A stretch of 64,000 nt of DNA from the NCBI GenBank assembly GCA_051362555.1, contig CM120646.1, positions 5,084,001-5,148,000 of the forward strand, read 5' to 3'. This DNA comes from Lingula anatina (Eukaryota > Animalia > Brachiopoda). Numbering within the stretch: the stretch's first letter is position 1; each line of letters opens with the position of its first letter. This document shows positions 52,162 to 64,000 of the stretch, one piece after another. A program made the translations under genes and the position numbers. The notes below the pieces were generated by a model that ran no database searches, was not told where the DNA came from, and saw only the letters and a list, made by a program, of their open reading frames with translations.

Positions 52162-54797
52162 AATAAGATGTGATAATATGCTATGATCTATAACTGTTGG
52201 TTAAGGTTGCTGTAACAAGTTCCGAATAAGATGTTCCAAAAGTGCGGACCTCCACAAAAGCAGAAAGCAACCGTCTGATATACATAAGGTCATCCGGATT
52301 CAGATGAAATTGTGACCCTTTTTTCAATTCTGAATAATTGTCTATCATAAAAATTTTCATCAGAATTTGTGAGGAATATTTTGCAATGTCTAAATATGTC
52401 TAAACAACTAATAAGCTCACGCCGATGGAAACATGACTGAGCATACGGGCTCATTTTAAGAGTCTATATTATTTTAGAAGAGTATAAAATGAAAATGAAA
52501 AATCAACTAGAATAAATGAAAGAATATGTAAATTCTCGCCGGAATTATTGAGAAATGAGGAAAGGAACAAATGTTAAGCCCTGTATTTTGCCAAACTGGG
52601 GTGGTCTTCAACCAACCGTTAGTTTTGGTTGTCGAAATAATCACAGAAAGAGAAAGTTTACGCAGTTATACTGAAAAACGAGACCAGGTAATATAGAAGA
52701 CGAAGGATTGCATACTGTCCTGTCGTAATATATATTTTGTCTTCGGACGCCTTCTTTGTTACTATAATCTCACTTTTATTTTCATTAAAACCATCGTCTT
52801 TCTCTTCGATACATAATTTTAAATTTTATATTCCTTTATGTCACATTAAAAAACTTATGAAAAATTCCAGTTCAGTGGTTTTATCAAAAACCCGTTGTCT
52901 CCAGTCATAATATTGGACATCATCGTTTTGTTAAATGGATGCAATATTTTCCAATTAAACACCAACTTTGATTTTTTATCTGTTCGATCCAAAAACAGAG
53001 ACCTTGTTGGGATTTTTATCTTTCATGCGACATAGATTGTTCGTGGTGGTCTTTTTTGCCTCTTCTGTCTGTAAGCCGCTATGAGAGTACGCGCACAGGT
53101 TATGGCATTATATATAATTAATTAGGCCAGTTTAGTCGATGAGAAATGGTACATGTATTTTAGTTCTCAGCGTGCATGACGTGCCCTCGATATTGAGTAC
53201 GGAATATTCTCTTGTTAAAATATTCAATGTGAATTGAAGTTGGGAGTTGATCAGATGTTAACTTATGGCTACACGTTAAAGAGGCCGCTGCACCCACCCC
53301 TACGAAAACACGGAAGTGAGATGTGCCGTATGGATAAAGTTATAATAACTGACCAGACAACTGACCATAACTCCATTTATCACGGACCGATCATAGTGAT
53401 GATCGTGTAAGTTACAATAGTGTTGTTTATTTAGGCCCAAAATAAGTCTAGTCAAGAAATTGTTGACGGTTTCTTGGAAGAAGAGATTCCAAGGATTAAT
53501 CTTGTCGACTTTGCAATCATGTAAAGGTACCTTTTTATCGTGTTAGCGTGAAAAGTGGCCAAAATTCTTGGTAAGATCCTTGAGTAGATTGTGTCTGATA
53601 GAGTTGGACAAACAACAGTCATCAAATCTGATCTTCTTTCATTTCCCCTAAGTAAGTCGCGTGCCGTGTCGTTTTAAATTAAATGGCGGCCGATGCTTGT
53701 GGAGAGTGGGAATTGATGAGGTGACAAGAAGGATCGGCCTAGCTTTAGTGTACTTCGCCTTACAATGGATTTACTAGAAAAGTTAATGCCTAGACAATAT
53801 TCATTGAAAAAAATTATCATAAAAAGGATAAAATAACTAACATCATAAAAGAGGACATTCAGGCTACAAATAATCAATGAAGAAAAAAAGGGATGAAAAA
53901 CTAGGGATAGTGTGCATTGTTGATTATACGGGGGGGGGGGGGACTAATCTAAATTTAAATTTGACATCACTTGATGATCATCAAAATCCGTGTAATTGAC
54001 AATAGGCCAAAACAATATGTACTAAATCTTGAGAAAAATAAAACGAGCATTTACTACTTTGGTATTCTTAATCGAATAAACTTCTATTGTGAAAACATGT
54101 TTATTTCGTATTGATTATCATATATCATAGAAATCTATTTATTTTTTTTTTTTTCATTTTTGAAAATATGACGCTTAACAAGCATAATGTTAACGGTAGA
54201 GTTTTTAGTGTTGACAAATTTACAGCATAAAAACTCTACTTAACTCCATGTCCTTTTCACTTTTATTTACCAGTAAAATTTTTCTTCATCACTACATTAT
54301 ATTGATGCATGACGGTACACTAATGTATTCGTTGAACTTTGTGTCCTGTTGTATTTTACTTTCTGAAGAAATACTTTTTACATGACAACTATGTTGCGTA
54401 TCATGAAAAAAATAAGACATGAACTTCGCGATTTAGACACTTCTGTATATATTTTGTGTCAACTTAACAGTATAGGCCGCTACATTATAATAGAAAGCGA
54501 CTAGAATGGTATCTAATCCCGCAAGAAAACGCAGTAGATACTCCAGCGCAGTAGACTACTGCAATCATACTGCAAACATGCTTCAAATCTGCTTCGATTT
54601 GAGAGCTAATTAGCATATTTGAAACATGCTTCTATCATGCTGCTAATCTACTGCATTAATGCTCCTCTCTGTACAAACCTATGTACTTTTTGGAGTAGAA
54701 TTGCAGTAGGCTATGCTGCATTTCTACTGCAAATACGCTCCACACCACTACTGCGTTAATGCTTTTTGCTACTTTGATACTACTGCAGGATAAGTTA

Positions 54798-55055
54798 GGC
54801 TTCGTTCACATGCAATGTCTATTTTCTAAAAATCTATTTTCTATTCGCGCTATCTTATGATCACGGTCTGTGCCCTGAATATCCCGCCGCGTAATTACTG
54901 GCAGCGCGAGCCAGTTACTTATAGTAACTTATAGTAACTGGCTCGCGCTGCCAGTAATTACGCCGCGGGATATTCAGGGCACAGACCGTGATCACAACAC
55001 ATGCCGCGAATAGAAAAAAGAATTTAGAAAATAGACATTGCATGTGAACGAAGCC
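54798..55055. mobile_element. Near-perfect palindromic MITE (~125-bp arms), TTA target duplication
   Basis: ggcttcgttcacatgcaatgtctattttctaaa ... tttagaaaatagacattgcatgtgaacgaagcc; the inner arms are also complementary; TTA on both flanks. Confidence 0.9.
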
Positions 55056-55236
55056 TTAAGGCATTTTAGTCTCGTAAACGGAACTCACGCACGTACATTA
55101 CTACACATAATACTTTTAAGTGAAAAAACAAACTCCGGCAAAACTGCCTTTCTGTACATGCTATCAAAACCAATGGATGATTGACAGACTAAATAGGTGA
55201 CGTCACATCACGATTAACGTCAGATGGCGCCAAGAG

Positions 55237-55463
55237 TCACTCGGGGTAAACCACCTGACACAAGAACGACTGCTTCTTCGTACATGGGATATCGTTCCAC
55301 TTTCCTGTTGTGGGTACAAATTCCGCACAGTCTTCCATGGACCCGGAGTTGTTTGGCTCGTTTGGGCCCCAGTTGGTGTACGTCATGCTCTGACCGTTCT
55401 GCCATTTCCACTGGCCCTCGGCTGCGATGTCGTGACCTCCAAGATAGGCCATTGGCCGGCTAC
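55237..55463 (-). CDS. C-type lectin last exon (Ca2+/sugar-binding site)
   Basis: EPN and WND motifs with canonical CTLD cysteines. Confidence 0.95.
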
Positions 55464-57150
55464 CTACGATAACAATATACATATATAATGCTGACAGGCA
55501 CTGTTCTACCTCACTTTGTCTTTATAATCATAACACATTAAGAAGAAGACTTTTGTCAAATTGTGAAGTAATCAGCAAAATCAAACCTGAATAATGCTGG
55601 ACTTCTTGAGAATTACTTCTTGAAACTTGTTCTGCGATTGGAACCATGATGTGCGATTTTCTGATTCAATTCTTAAATCATGTTTGATTATCTCTTAAAT
55701 ATATGATAAAGAAGACTTACACTTAGCTTGGAAGGTGTTGAGAAATAATTTCTTACCAGAAACTCGGTTCTTTAGCAAAGCTTCAATGAAACTATTTTCT
55801 TTGGCGGACGTCACCATGGCCAGGTGACCGTTTGGATGTAGTTCCTGACAGTATCTCTCCGCTTCATTCCAGGTTTTAGCTTCATTGACAAGACGGTACC
55901 AAGAGTTGGAGAAACCAGTGTTGACAAAACTAGCTACAAATTAAATAATAGAAATAAAAAAATAATGTTGTTGGTCTAATACTTGTAAGATTTTTCTCCA
56001 TTATCTAGAAAAAGAAAGGATTGAAAATATGTGAATATAACTTTTTCCCAAAGAGCGTCTTAATTTACTGTAAATGTAAAAAAAATATTTATGTGCCAAA
56101 CCAAGGGGCATTATTTTCACGATCGTCTGGAATATAGATATATAATATTAAACACTGTAAATAGGGTACATGAAATTAAGGAAACTGAGAAAAGTTTCCT
56201 ACTTTTCACAAACTATGTTAAAATAAAACACTTTGTTGTTGTTCTAAGGAAACGCGGCATCATATTGTGCTAGAGAAGTCATCACAGTGGTTCGGCAGAT
56301 GTGACCCGTAAGCCCTATCACATAGCTATTATCGCATTTATGTTCCATTGGGTTGGAATGGGGGCACCGTATAGCCCAGGAGTAGTGTGTCCTACCTCGT
56401 GACGGCAAATTGCGCATGTCACTTTGCAGCTTTCTGACAATGGCAGACAGGTCAGCCCGCTCTGAGTCATCGCCCAGTATCGCCCTCTGGCGAGAAACAT
56501 TCTGAAGCTGCTCCACCTTGCTCGAGATTTCTGACAATTTCTCGTTCTGTATTCGCAGCAAAGTTGAAACCTTGTAAATATCAGTTCCATGTTAGTTGCA
56601 ATGGCAAAAGTTTTGTTAAAAAAATGACCGGTGCCATGCAGTTTTCCTTGGAGTAGGGTTAATATTTTTTTTAAACTGCGGAGTTACATTATACATGTAT
56701 AGGTAAATATACTTTCTTCAAATGTTTAATCAAAGTACATGTACACGGGCATCACCTAAGAAAATAAATATAGCAATTACAAACAAACAAACAAACAAAC
56801 AAACAAACAAAAACATTATCAACAAGGGAGCTTGTTTCACATACCTCTGTCAAATTTTGCTGCAAAGTGTCCAGCCTGACTTCATTCGTGTCCTGGCGAG
56901 AGCCTAAATTCGTGGTCGCCACACCCGTTGTCTCCTTGACGGCCGATAAGGCCTGTCCGAGTTGGGCGATGTTTTTTCCATGATCTGCAGCGCTTCCCTG
57001 AAGCTGTATCAGAGCACCTTGCAGCTGGATTAGCTGCTGTGAGAAACCCTGTACGGTCATGGGTTGGTTGTAAGGAAGCTGGGATAACGAGGTCTTTATA
57101 GCAAGGATGTAGACACATATATGTACCGCGAAGGAAACAACCGAGTGCAT
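55237..57150 (-). CDS. Secreted C-type lectin with Gln/Leu-rich coiled-coil stalk and one EPN/WND CTLD (~294 aa, 4 coding exons)
   Basis: Exons 57150-56845 (signal MHSVVSFAVHICVYILAIKTSLS + heptads), 56570 (or 56546)-56396, 55933-55757 (WYRLVNEAKTWNEAERYCQELHPNGHLAMVTSAKEN), 55463-55237 (YLGGHD...EGQWKW...YTNWGPNEPNN...EDCA...WNDIPC...FLCQ). GT-AG, phases 0,1,1. Confidence 0.9.
55757..55933 (-). CDS. C-type lectin exon (first half of CTLD)
   Basis: KTWNEAERYC...GHLAMVTSAKENSFI; phase 1-1. Confidence 0.93.
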
Positions 57151-58455
57151 TCTGAATTTTGAAAAACCGATGAAGTAAAATTTCTTGAATCAAAAGTTCT
57201 TGTTCCCTGCTACAGTACTGGATTTGCCTATGAAAGTAGAGGCGATTTTTTTCCATATGGAATGCTAAATAGGCCATGTCCTGTTCCGCATTTAATTCTG
57301 TTACCCAATACCTCATTGGGTATATGGGTCGGCGGATGAATGGTGTTTTCGAGATAAAGCGTCCTTGCCAATCCCTTTTCATCACACATTGTTTTTCTTT
57401 TTTTTACAAAAATCCTGTTTATCATGAATAAAGTTTTCTAATATTTTATTGTATTTACAATTATGATACATGTAGTTGTGATATTATGATTGTCGGTACA
57501 AAACAGGGTTTGAAAAGACTGGGTGATTTATGTCCACATTGTTATCCTGTATCCCTTCTATACTTTATACTGCATTGCAAGCGAGTCTTACACGTAACAA
57601 CAAGAAGTGGTATAATTAGCCCATAACGTCTGGTCGGGAAGGATATTTAGAAATAAGCACTTGATAAAGTGATGCTAAGATGGGTTGCCCCCTACGTAGG
57701 CCTACATGTACTGCGCTGTATCCGTAGTACGGCCCAGTTTAGAATAGAAAAAAATACTATACTATACGAGGGTCGGCTTCCGAGGACCCCCCCCCCCCCC
57801 CTTCATATAATCCTGGATCCGCCCCCGAGTAGTCTGCTTACATTATTTTGAGGAAAAAAATTACACTGTGCTGTATCATTTTAATTCCGTGTTTCACCTA
57901 TGAGTTGCAGTACCTATATTTAGGGATTTTATTCGTTTGGGTTCTTTTCAGTTATAAATTTGGTGAAAAAAGGGGGGCAGGAACAAAAAATGCCACGGTC
58001 AACTCAGCAAACTCAGAACGTCAAATAACGTTACAGGTCCACAACTGCATGCAAAAATATTATTTCGATGCACCCCCCCCTCCAAAAAAAGGCTTAAATT
58101 ATTGCTAGTTGTACCCATCATAGTATATTTAAATTTTACATTCAAAAGAATGTAAAATACCAAGACGCAATGTTCTTATTACTTTGAGAATAATTATAAG
58201 TTTTGTTAATGTGGGATTTTTTAACTCTTAAGAAACTATTGGCGCAGCCTTTTAAAAATATTATAGTTTGGTCGAATGCCTAAAGCAAGAACATATGTCA
58301 GTTTACCAACAACGCAGTCTGTCGCTGCAATTGACCATTTTCATCTTATAAGAAGTGTACATGACATGTACAGGGACCGCAGGTGTCATTGAAGTCTTCT
58401 ACTGTGAACAGTTAGGCATCGTTATGTGAGGGTGACATTCCTGGTGCTTGTATAA

Positions 58456-58671
58456 GAGGGCATTCCCAGAGATTTAGATCGATCCATCTGGATCGACCTA
58501 ACTCCCTGGGGGTTCACGCTAAATCACAGTCAGCCGAGCGCGCACGGTAGTTAATTACCACTTTTACAGCTTTTAGTAGGCGGGACAGAAATTTAAGTCG
58601 GCTAAGCTGACAGTAATCTAGTGAGACTCCCCACAAGGATAGATCGATCTAAAATCTGTGGAATTGGGGTC
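58456..58671 (+). mobile_element. MITE family A copy 5, TAA target duplication
   Basis: Family A interior and TIRs; TAA on both flanks. Confidence 0.85.
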
Positions 58672-60678
58672 TAAAAAAGCCTTTTGAAGCGTGCACAGGG
58701 CCAGAACTAAAAAAGTGGCTAAAGCACAGAAAGAGGCAAGAAGAAGAGTTAGTTGGACGTTGAATCCAGCAATTAAATGTACCACTTGACTTCACATTGT
58801 TGCTTTTTTATTTACTTTTCCGGGTTCATACAGCTAACGGCTACATGTATGTATAAGCCGCCTACAAACACAATACAAACATTTTATAGCATGAAATTGA
58901 CCTGGTATATAATTCCGAAGCTGGGTTTATTTCAAAATATCCCGATGCTTGATGCGCGTATTATTTTAAAGAGATTATCAGGTTCTTGAATACTACGAAT
59001 TTATTCATTGCCTTTTCCGACCAAGGGGAGAATTAATGACCTTGAATTAATGATGCTCCATTCAGATGGGTTATTTGCATTTTTGAGACTTTTCCATTAC
59101 TGTCTAATCTGAGCTTCATTTTCCCATTTACTGCAACAATTATCATAATATGTTTCTAATTTAATTTATAAAATTTTCTCCATGGAAATAAATCAAAAAG
59201 TATACATATGCGTCAGGCGTACACATTACATAATTCAACACTATTCAATGTTAATAGCTAATCCACTTCATTAGAGGGACCTTCAATAATATAAATGCGA
59301 CCGTCATCAACCAAATTTCGAACATCAGGCTTGAGTTTTTTATTCTTTTAATAGGCACGTTTATTATTTTAGCCAGTTTAGATCAAGTAGACATAAATGT
59401 GTAGAATCATTCCCAAGAGTTTTAGTTATCTTGGTTGCTTTGCATAAAAGTTATGATCTTCTTAAACAAATGCTCCAAATGGCCTCCTAAGCATTGAATG
59501 CACAATTGCATACGTCGCAAAAATTGTCAATTTCTCAAACACATTATTCCTTCTTCGGGATTTTCCCGATTTTTGCTGTGATTGCTCCCCAAAGTTCCCT
59601 AATCATGGAGGGTGGCTTTTTGTTCTAGCCGTTACACTAATGACACTCCCCCCCCCTTTTATAACTTTATAAAAACAATTTGAAATAAATATATTTGCCA
59701 CAAAATGTGTAAGCTTTAATTAAGTATATAATCGAATATAACGTCCATATTACTGCAGTGTTTTCAATTAAAGCATGCATGTATATTCAAAACAGTTCAG
59801 AGGCATGCGATCCAGGACACCGTTACATAATACAGATGAGTGTCAGCCCAGCTTTTGATATTCACATTGAAGCTGTGAGGGGTGACGCCCGAATGGTATG
59901 CTGTTAGCCTACTATTTCTCCCATTCCTGAAAACAAAAAGAAAGAAAAATAACACTAAAGACAATTGCTACTTATATACAATCCATACTATGTACAGTCA
60001 AGGGACAATTTCATCTTTACTCCACCCAAAAAAGGAAAGACTATCTGACATCAAAGTTTCAGCTTTTGCTGATCTCTTTTGACTTCACAAAAAACTTAAT
60101 GTATTGCATATTCGACGCCAATATTGGATAGCCTTAGGGAATGAAGCAGATCTTTGACCAATATGGTTTCAAAAGTAGCACGTTTGTCAAGAAATATGTC
60201 TACATGTTACTTACCAATAGGAAGAAATTAATACATTGTTTAAACAATGTATATTAAAATATACAAAATAAACATTTTATCCAGCTATCTAAATGTTAAA
60301 AAATGCATAATCAGTTAGAAAAAAGGAATAGGAAGTTAAAAGTCACATGAGATTGATACATATGCTTGCAGGCCCGGCCTATGAAAAATACAATTCCATT
60401 CCATGAGCCATACTGAAATCTAACTAAAACTTTCAACATTTGAATATCTATTTCTTTATGAATGGGATGTGCAAACTTTATGAAATTTGGTAAACTGATG
60501 CAGAGAAGTATAAATATAATTTCCATGGAATCAAAAATAACTGTAAAAGTTAAAAAAATCTATTATACAAACATACATTTATATCAATTTCCTAGGCAAT
60601 TCCAATTGATTTCTGTGTAAAATTAATAAAAATCGATGTTCAAGCAGCCCTGGTTAAAAACAAGCTGGATATGATATA

Positions 60679-60712
<34 letters not shown>

Positions 60713-62313
60713 TGTAGATTTCTCTGACTTCTACCAAGAACTATAACATATCCACATAAAATTGAAATCACTAGGGCAGAATTTTTTATTTTTGCATTTT
60801 TTGGCCAAATTAAGGGCATTTTTGGCAAAATTTCCATATAACGCAATGTAATAAACGTGGCATTTTTCCGGACGCCACCTCTCGAAAACGAGCTGGAGTA
60901 CCCCCAGAATTTTTCTTACAATTTCCATCAAAATCGCTAGGGCAGAAATATGAAATCTTAAATATGTGAAAAACCTCCTTAAGTAATGTTCTGAAATTAT
61001 TTATTGCAAACTACATGTAGGTTACAGATCGCCTGCAAGTTGAGAGGGGACTGTTTTGTAGTATCCAAAAAAAAGTTCAGCTACCGATGCTTTGGTAGAG
61101 GTGACACATGATGTTAATTTATAAGAAGGCGTTGAACCATCTTTTAAATCTGATTGGGTCAAGCTAATTTGGTGGAGTGCCTCAGGAAACAGGACTGACT
61201 ACATCATATCTAATTGTGACATAACTCAATCAGATTTTCATATTTGATATTATCATTGACCATGAGAGCAGATAAAGCACTGACTAATACATGCAAATTC
61301 CTTAAACACAGGTGAAAATTGACTAAAGAACCATTTCTGATATCGTTATCCACCTAATGACCAATAAAGTTTCCTTTGTCAATACCCGGTAACTATAGTA
61401 AAAATTAAATGATATTTATATCGTCTGCTGAATGTCAGCCTTCATCGAGGAAATTAAGCTCTTTTGGCCATTTCAGACATGTAGCTAATGTAACTGTTCA
61501 GCTACCTTGTATGTTGTGCCGCGCGTTTTGGTCACAATGTAATAATTGACCAAGTAAACAAATGGCAGACTTTTGTCGAAAATTCTAAGATGGCGTCTAT
61601 AACAAATAATGTTGCATTACTGTAATAAATGAAAAGGGGAAATTTAAATCACTTTAGTTAAAATTGGCCAAAGGTTTTGCCTGTCACAATAAATGCAAGC
61701 AATTTAAGATGAACTAATGCTGGTTAGAGCGATTTGGGACCAAGGTCTATCACTGGACAAAATAGGAAGAAAACCCATTTCCGAACTGTGGTCACCACTA
61801 TTTCATTCTTACAGAGATCTGTCTTTTATATCACTGTCTTTTTAAGTTTGAATTGGAAATCATTTTGTTTTTAAAATATTTAAGCCCTGATTATATATAC
61901 TTTCACTTATAAAATATTAAAAATATTTTAAGTAGTATTAAAATATTTTTGAACATTCAAAGTAGAATTTTTGACATTTGAAAAATATGGTTCTCTCTTC
62001 TCTTCCAAAGGAAATGGCGCAGTCTCAGTTAAAACCACAGAAAAATATTATAAATATCCCTAGAAGCAAGTCTTTTTTGTGATACGTATATCGAAATATT
62101 CTAAACAAAACCGAAAAATGTCGTCTCAGTAAAAGTATCAATGTCGTGTCTTACCAAATATCAAAGGTCGATATTGCCACCATAACGTTCGGAGTCTTTT
62201 CAAACGGTTTTTCGAAACGCACGTGCTTTTCTTGGCTCTGACACTTTTGGCTACTGCTTCTCCTACAGACGTCGCTGGACACTATCCCTGATTCACCTGT
62301 AACATGAAAAGGC

Positions 62314-62341
62314 GTGTGTGTGTGTGTGTGTGTGTGTGTGT
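62314..62341. repeat. (GT)n microsatellite
   Basis: Direct reading. Confidence 0.9.
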
Positions 62342-63099
62342 CCACCACATTTTAAACTTTTTGGGTCATCATGAACAGATTTCTGAAAAGTGTTGTTGTT
62401 ATATCGAAATGAAATAATGTCCTGGCCGAGAAGTTTGACAAATGTTTGACAATATACCCTTGACAAATGGAAACTGGTTGAATGCAACGTTTTTAAAGAA
62501 AAGTACATTTAGGATTGAAACCAAGAGATATACCCCCTAGCAAAAAAGTGTCACCCCTACCCCATTTATGTAAATTGCAACTAGCACCCATACCATAGGC
62601 TTAATTCCACTATGGCATAACATTAAATCGGGGATGTGAGTAATATACCCCCGTAGAAAAAAGTAACATCCATTTTTGTACATTGTGATAAGGGTACCAA
62701 TAGGTTTACTTTTACTACTGCATATCAACTGGGCGACCGACCGTCGTGTAAATTGGGGATGTGAGTAAAGGGAAATTGACCTATCTAGTGTTGCCTTTGA
62801 AATACCCAACACTTAGTTTATTTAAATATGCGACTCCTAAGTGAGAGCAATACATTTTTTTTACCAAGCAGCTGACACAGGAGGGAGTTTTGGCCCGCCA
62901 AGTCCCCAGAATGATTGTTTGTGCTATGATAACCATTCAGAGGTTAGAGGGTTAGACAACATCATATGCAAACAGGCACATGGGCAAGATTGCCTGGGTA
63001 ATTAGGCCCACCGAAGGAAACCACATCCAGAGAAAAGAGAATGTTAACACGTTTCCATGGTAGAAAATATCTCATGACATTTAGGAACTTGACTGCGGT

Positions 63100-63870
63100 A
63101 TTAATTTAACTAGAATAGGGCAAACCATATTTCTGAGTTTACCGTAAGAAGAGGTCTGCAAAATCGTTGTTGTTTTGGAAGGGTTGCTGTTAGGGGACCA
63201 GTGATCACCGCCAGGAAGCGTGTACGTCGAATCAGATGGGATACCGGAACTGGTTCATTAAACTGTTCTCAGATTAAAGCATGCAGAATCGGCGTTGTCA
63301 GAAGTGATGGACGTGTAAGTGTTTGGAAAACAACTAGAAAGATGACTTCCCAATTTTCTGCCTCTGATCGAGAAGACGCACCCCCCATAATTAATGGCAT
63401 GAAGTGCATTTATTACTTTGTTGCAGGCCAGCGTGTATTGGTCGACGGGAACCTTAACGCAGAGCAACGCATCCGAGCACTGGACAGGAACTGAAGAAAA
63501 TCTGTGGAGAATACCTTTAAGGATCATACCACCCAGTTATATTTATTAAAATGATGCTACTCCACGTACAGCCAGTGCAACAGTAGGCTGGTTATATGCA
63601 AACCAGACCCAGACCCCCCTCCCCCCCCCCCCCCCCAAACAATTGCCACCTCAATCCTTGGAACAGAACTTCAAAGAGAATGTGGGATATCCTCGGAAAT
63701 GGATAACTGAGTGATAAGCATCCGAACAAAAGTGAGCTCATCACCTTTGCACTGTATGTGGAACGCCATCACTCCTCAAACTTACGAAACTTTTTGAATC
63801 CACACACAGAGGCCTCATGTGCATCCTCTAGATCAGAATATGCTGTACAAAATACTTAAATGTGGCTTTG
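63100..63870 (+). pseudogene. Decayed Tc1/mariner-type transposase
   Basis: Fragments RKRVRRIRW, SDGRVSVWK, LVDGNLNAEQRIRALDRN and PPQS...ENVWDIL resemble Tc1 DDE-domain motifs (GxxNAxxYxxxL, WPxQSPDLNPIENxW). They are broken by stops, frameshifts and a poly-C tract. Boundaries are approximate. Confidence 0.7.
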
Positions 63871-64000
63871 TTTTATTTAAATATCGTTGCCTTATTGAAT
63901 GGTTGTGAAAAAAGTAAAATTTTGTGAAAAAATCCTTTACGGAGTTGAGTAAAATGCATTGGTTTATAAAATGATTATCTGCATCATTTTACGCAATGCA

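Noticed and set aside
51989-52186. Poly-proline ORF
   Set aside because: Translation artefact of the poly-C tract in a transposon remnant.
56882-57385. 167-aa ORF overlapping the lectin first coding exon
   Set aside because: Alternative-frame shadow of the real exon that extends into an intron; no protein features.
610-58671. Recurring 220-bp sequence as a tRNA-derived SINE or CRISPR-like repeat
   Set aside because: No A/B boxes or poly-A tail; the copies are dispersed and have TIRs and 3-bp TSDs, which fits a MITE. The DNA is eukaryotic with no regularly spaced array.

Overview
This is AT-rich eukaryotic (invertebrate animal, most likely lophotrochozoan such as a mollusc) genomic DNA, so the supplied ORF track is mostly noise and the real genes are spliced. 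Reading GT-AG junctions and reading-frame phases by hand gives five protein-coding genes. (1) A minus-strand, 7-coding-exon secreted chitin-binding (peritrophin-A/ChtBD2) + laminin-G protein of the Pif/BMSP-like matrix-protein group (4001-7382, ~391 aa). (2) A plus-strand rhodopsin-class orphan GPCR of the FMRFamide-receptor-like type (35551-37055), with a probable signal-peptide exon 10 kb upstream (25369-25423). (3,4) Two tandem minus-strand paralogous secreted multidomain protease inhibitors (39162-44648, ~239 aa; 46466-51392, ~341 aa) built from a 6-Cys 'CxxxPCP' module, Kunitz and TIL domains and a shared C-terminal DxxT/SGRxxC tail. (5) A minus-strand secreted coiled-coil + EPN/WND C-type lectin (55237-57150, ~294 aa). 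Non-coding DNA carries several MITE families (five copies of a ~220-bp element with 3-bp TAA/TTA/TAG target duplications), a near-perfect 258-bp hairpin in the probable lectin 3' UTR, a decayed Tc1-like transposase and microsatellites. I saw no tRNA, rRNA or CRISPR array. All domain names come from motif recognition, not database searches.
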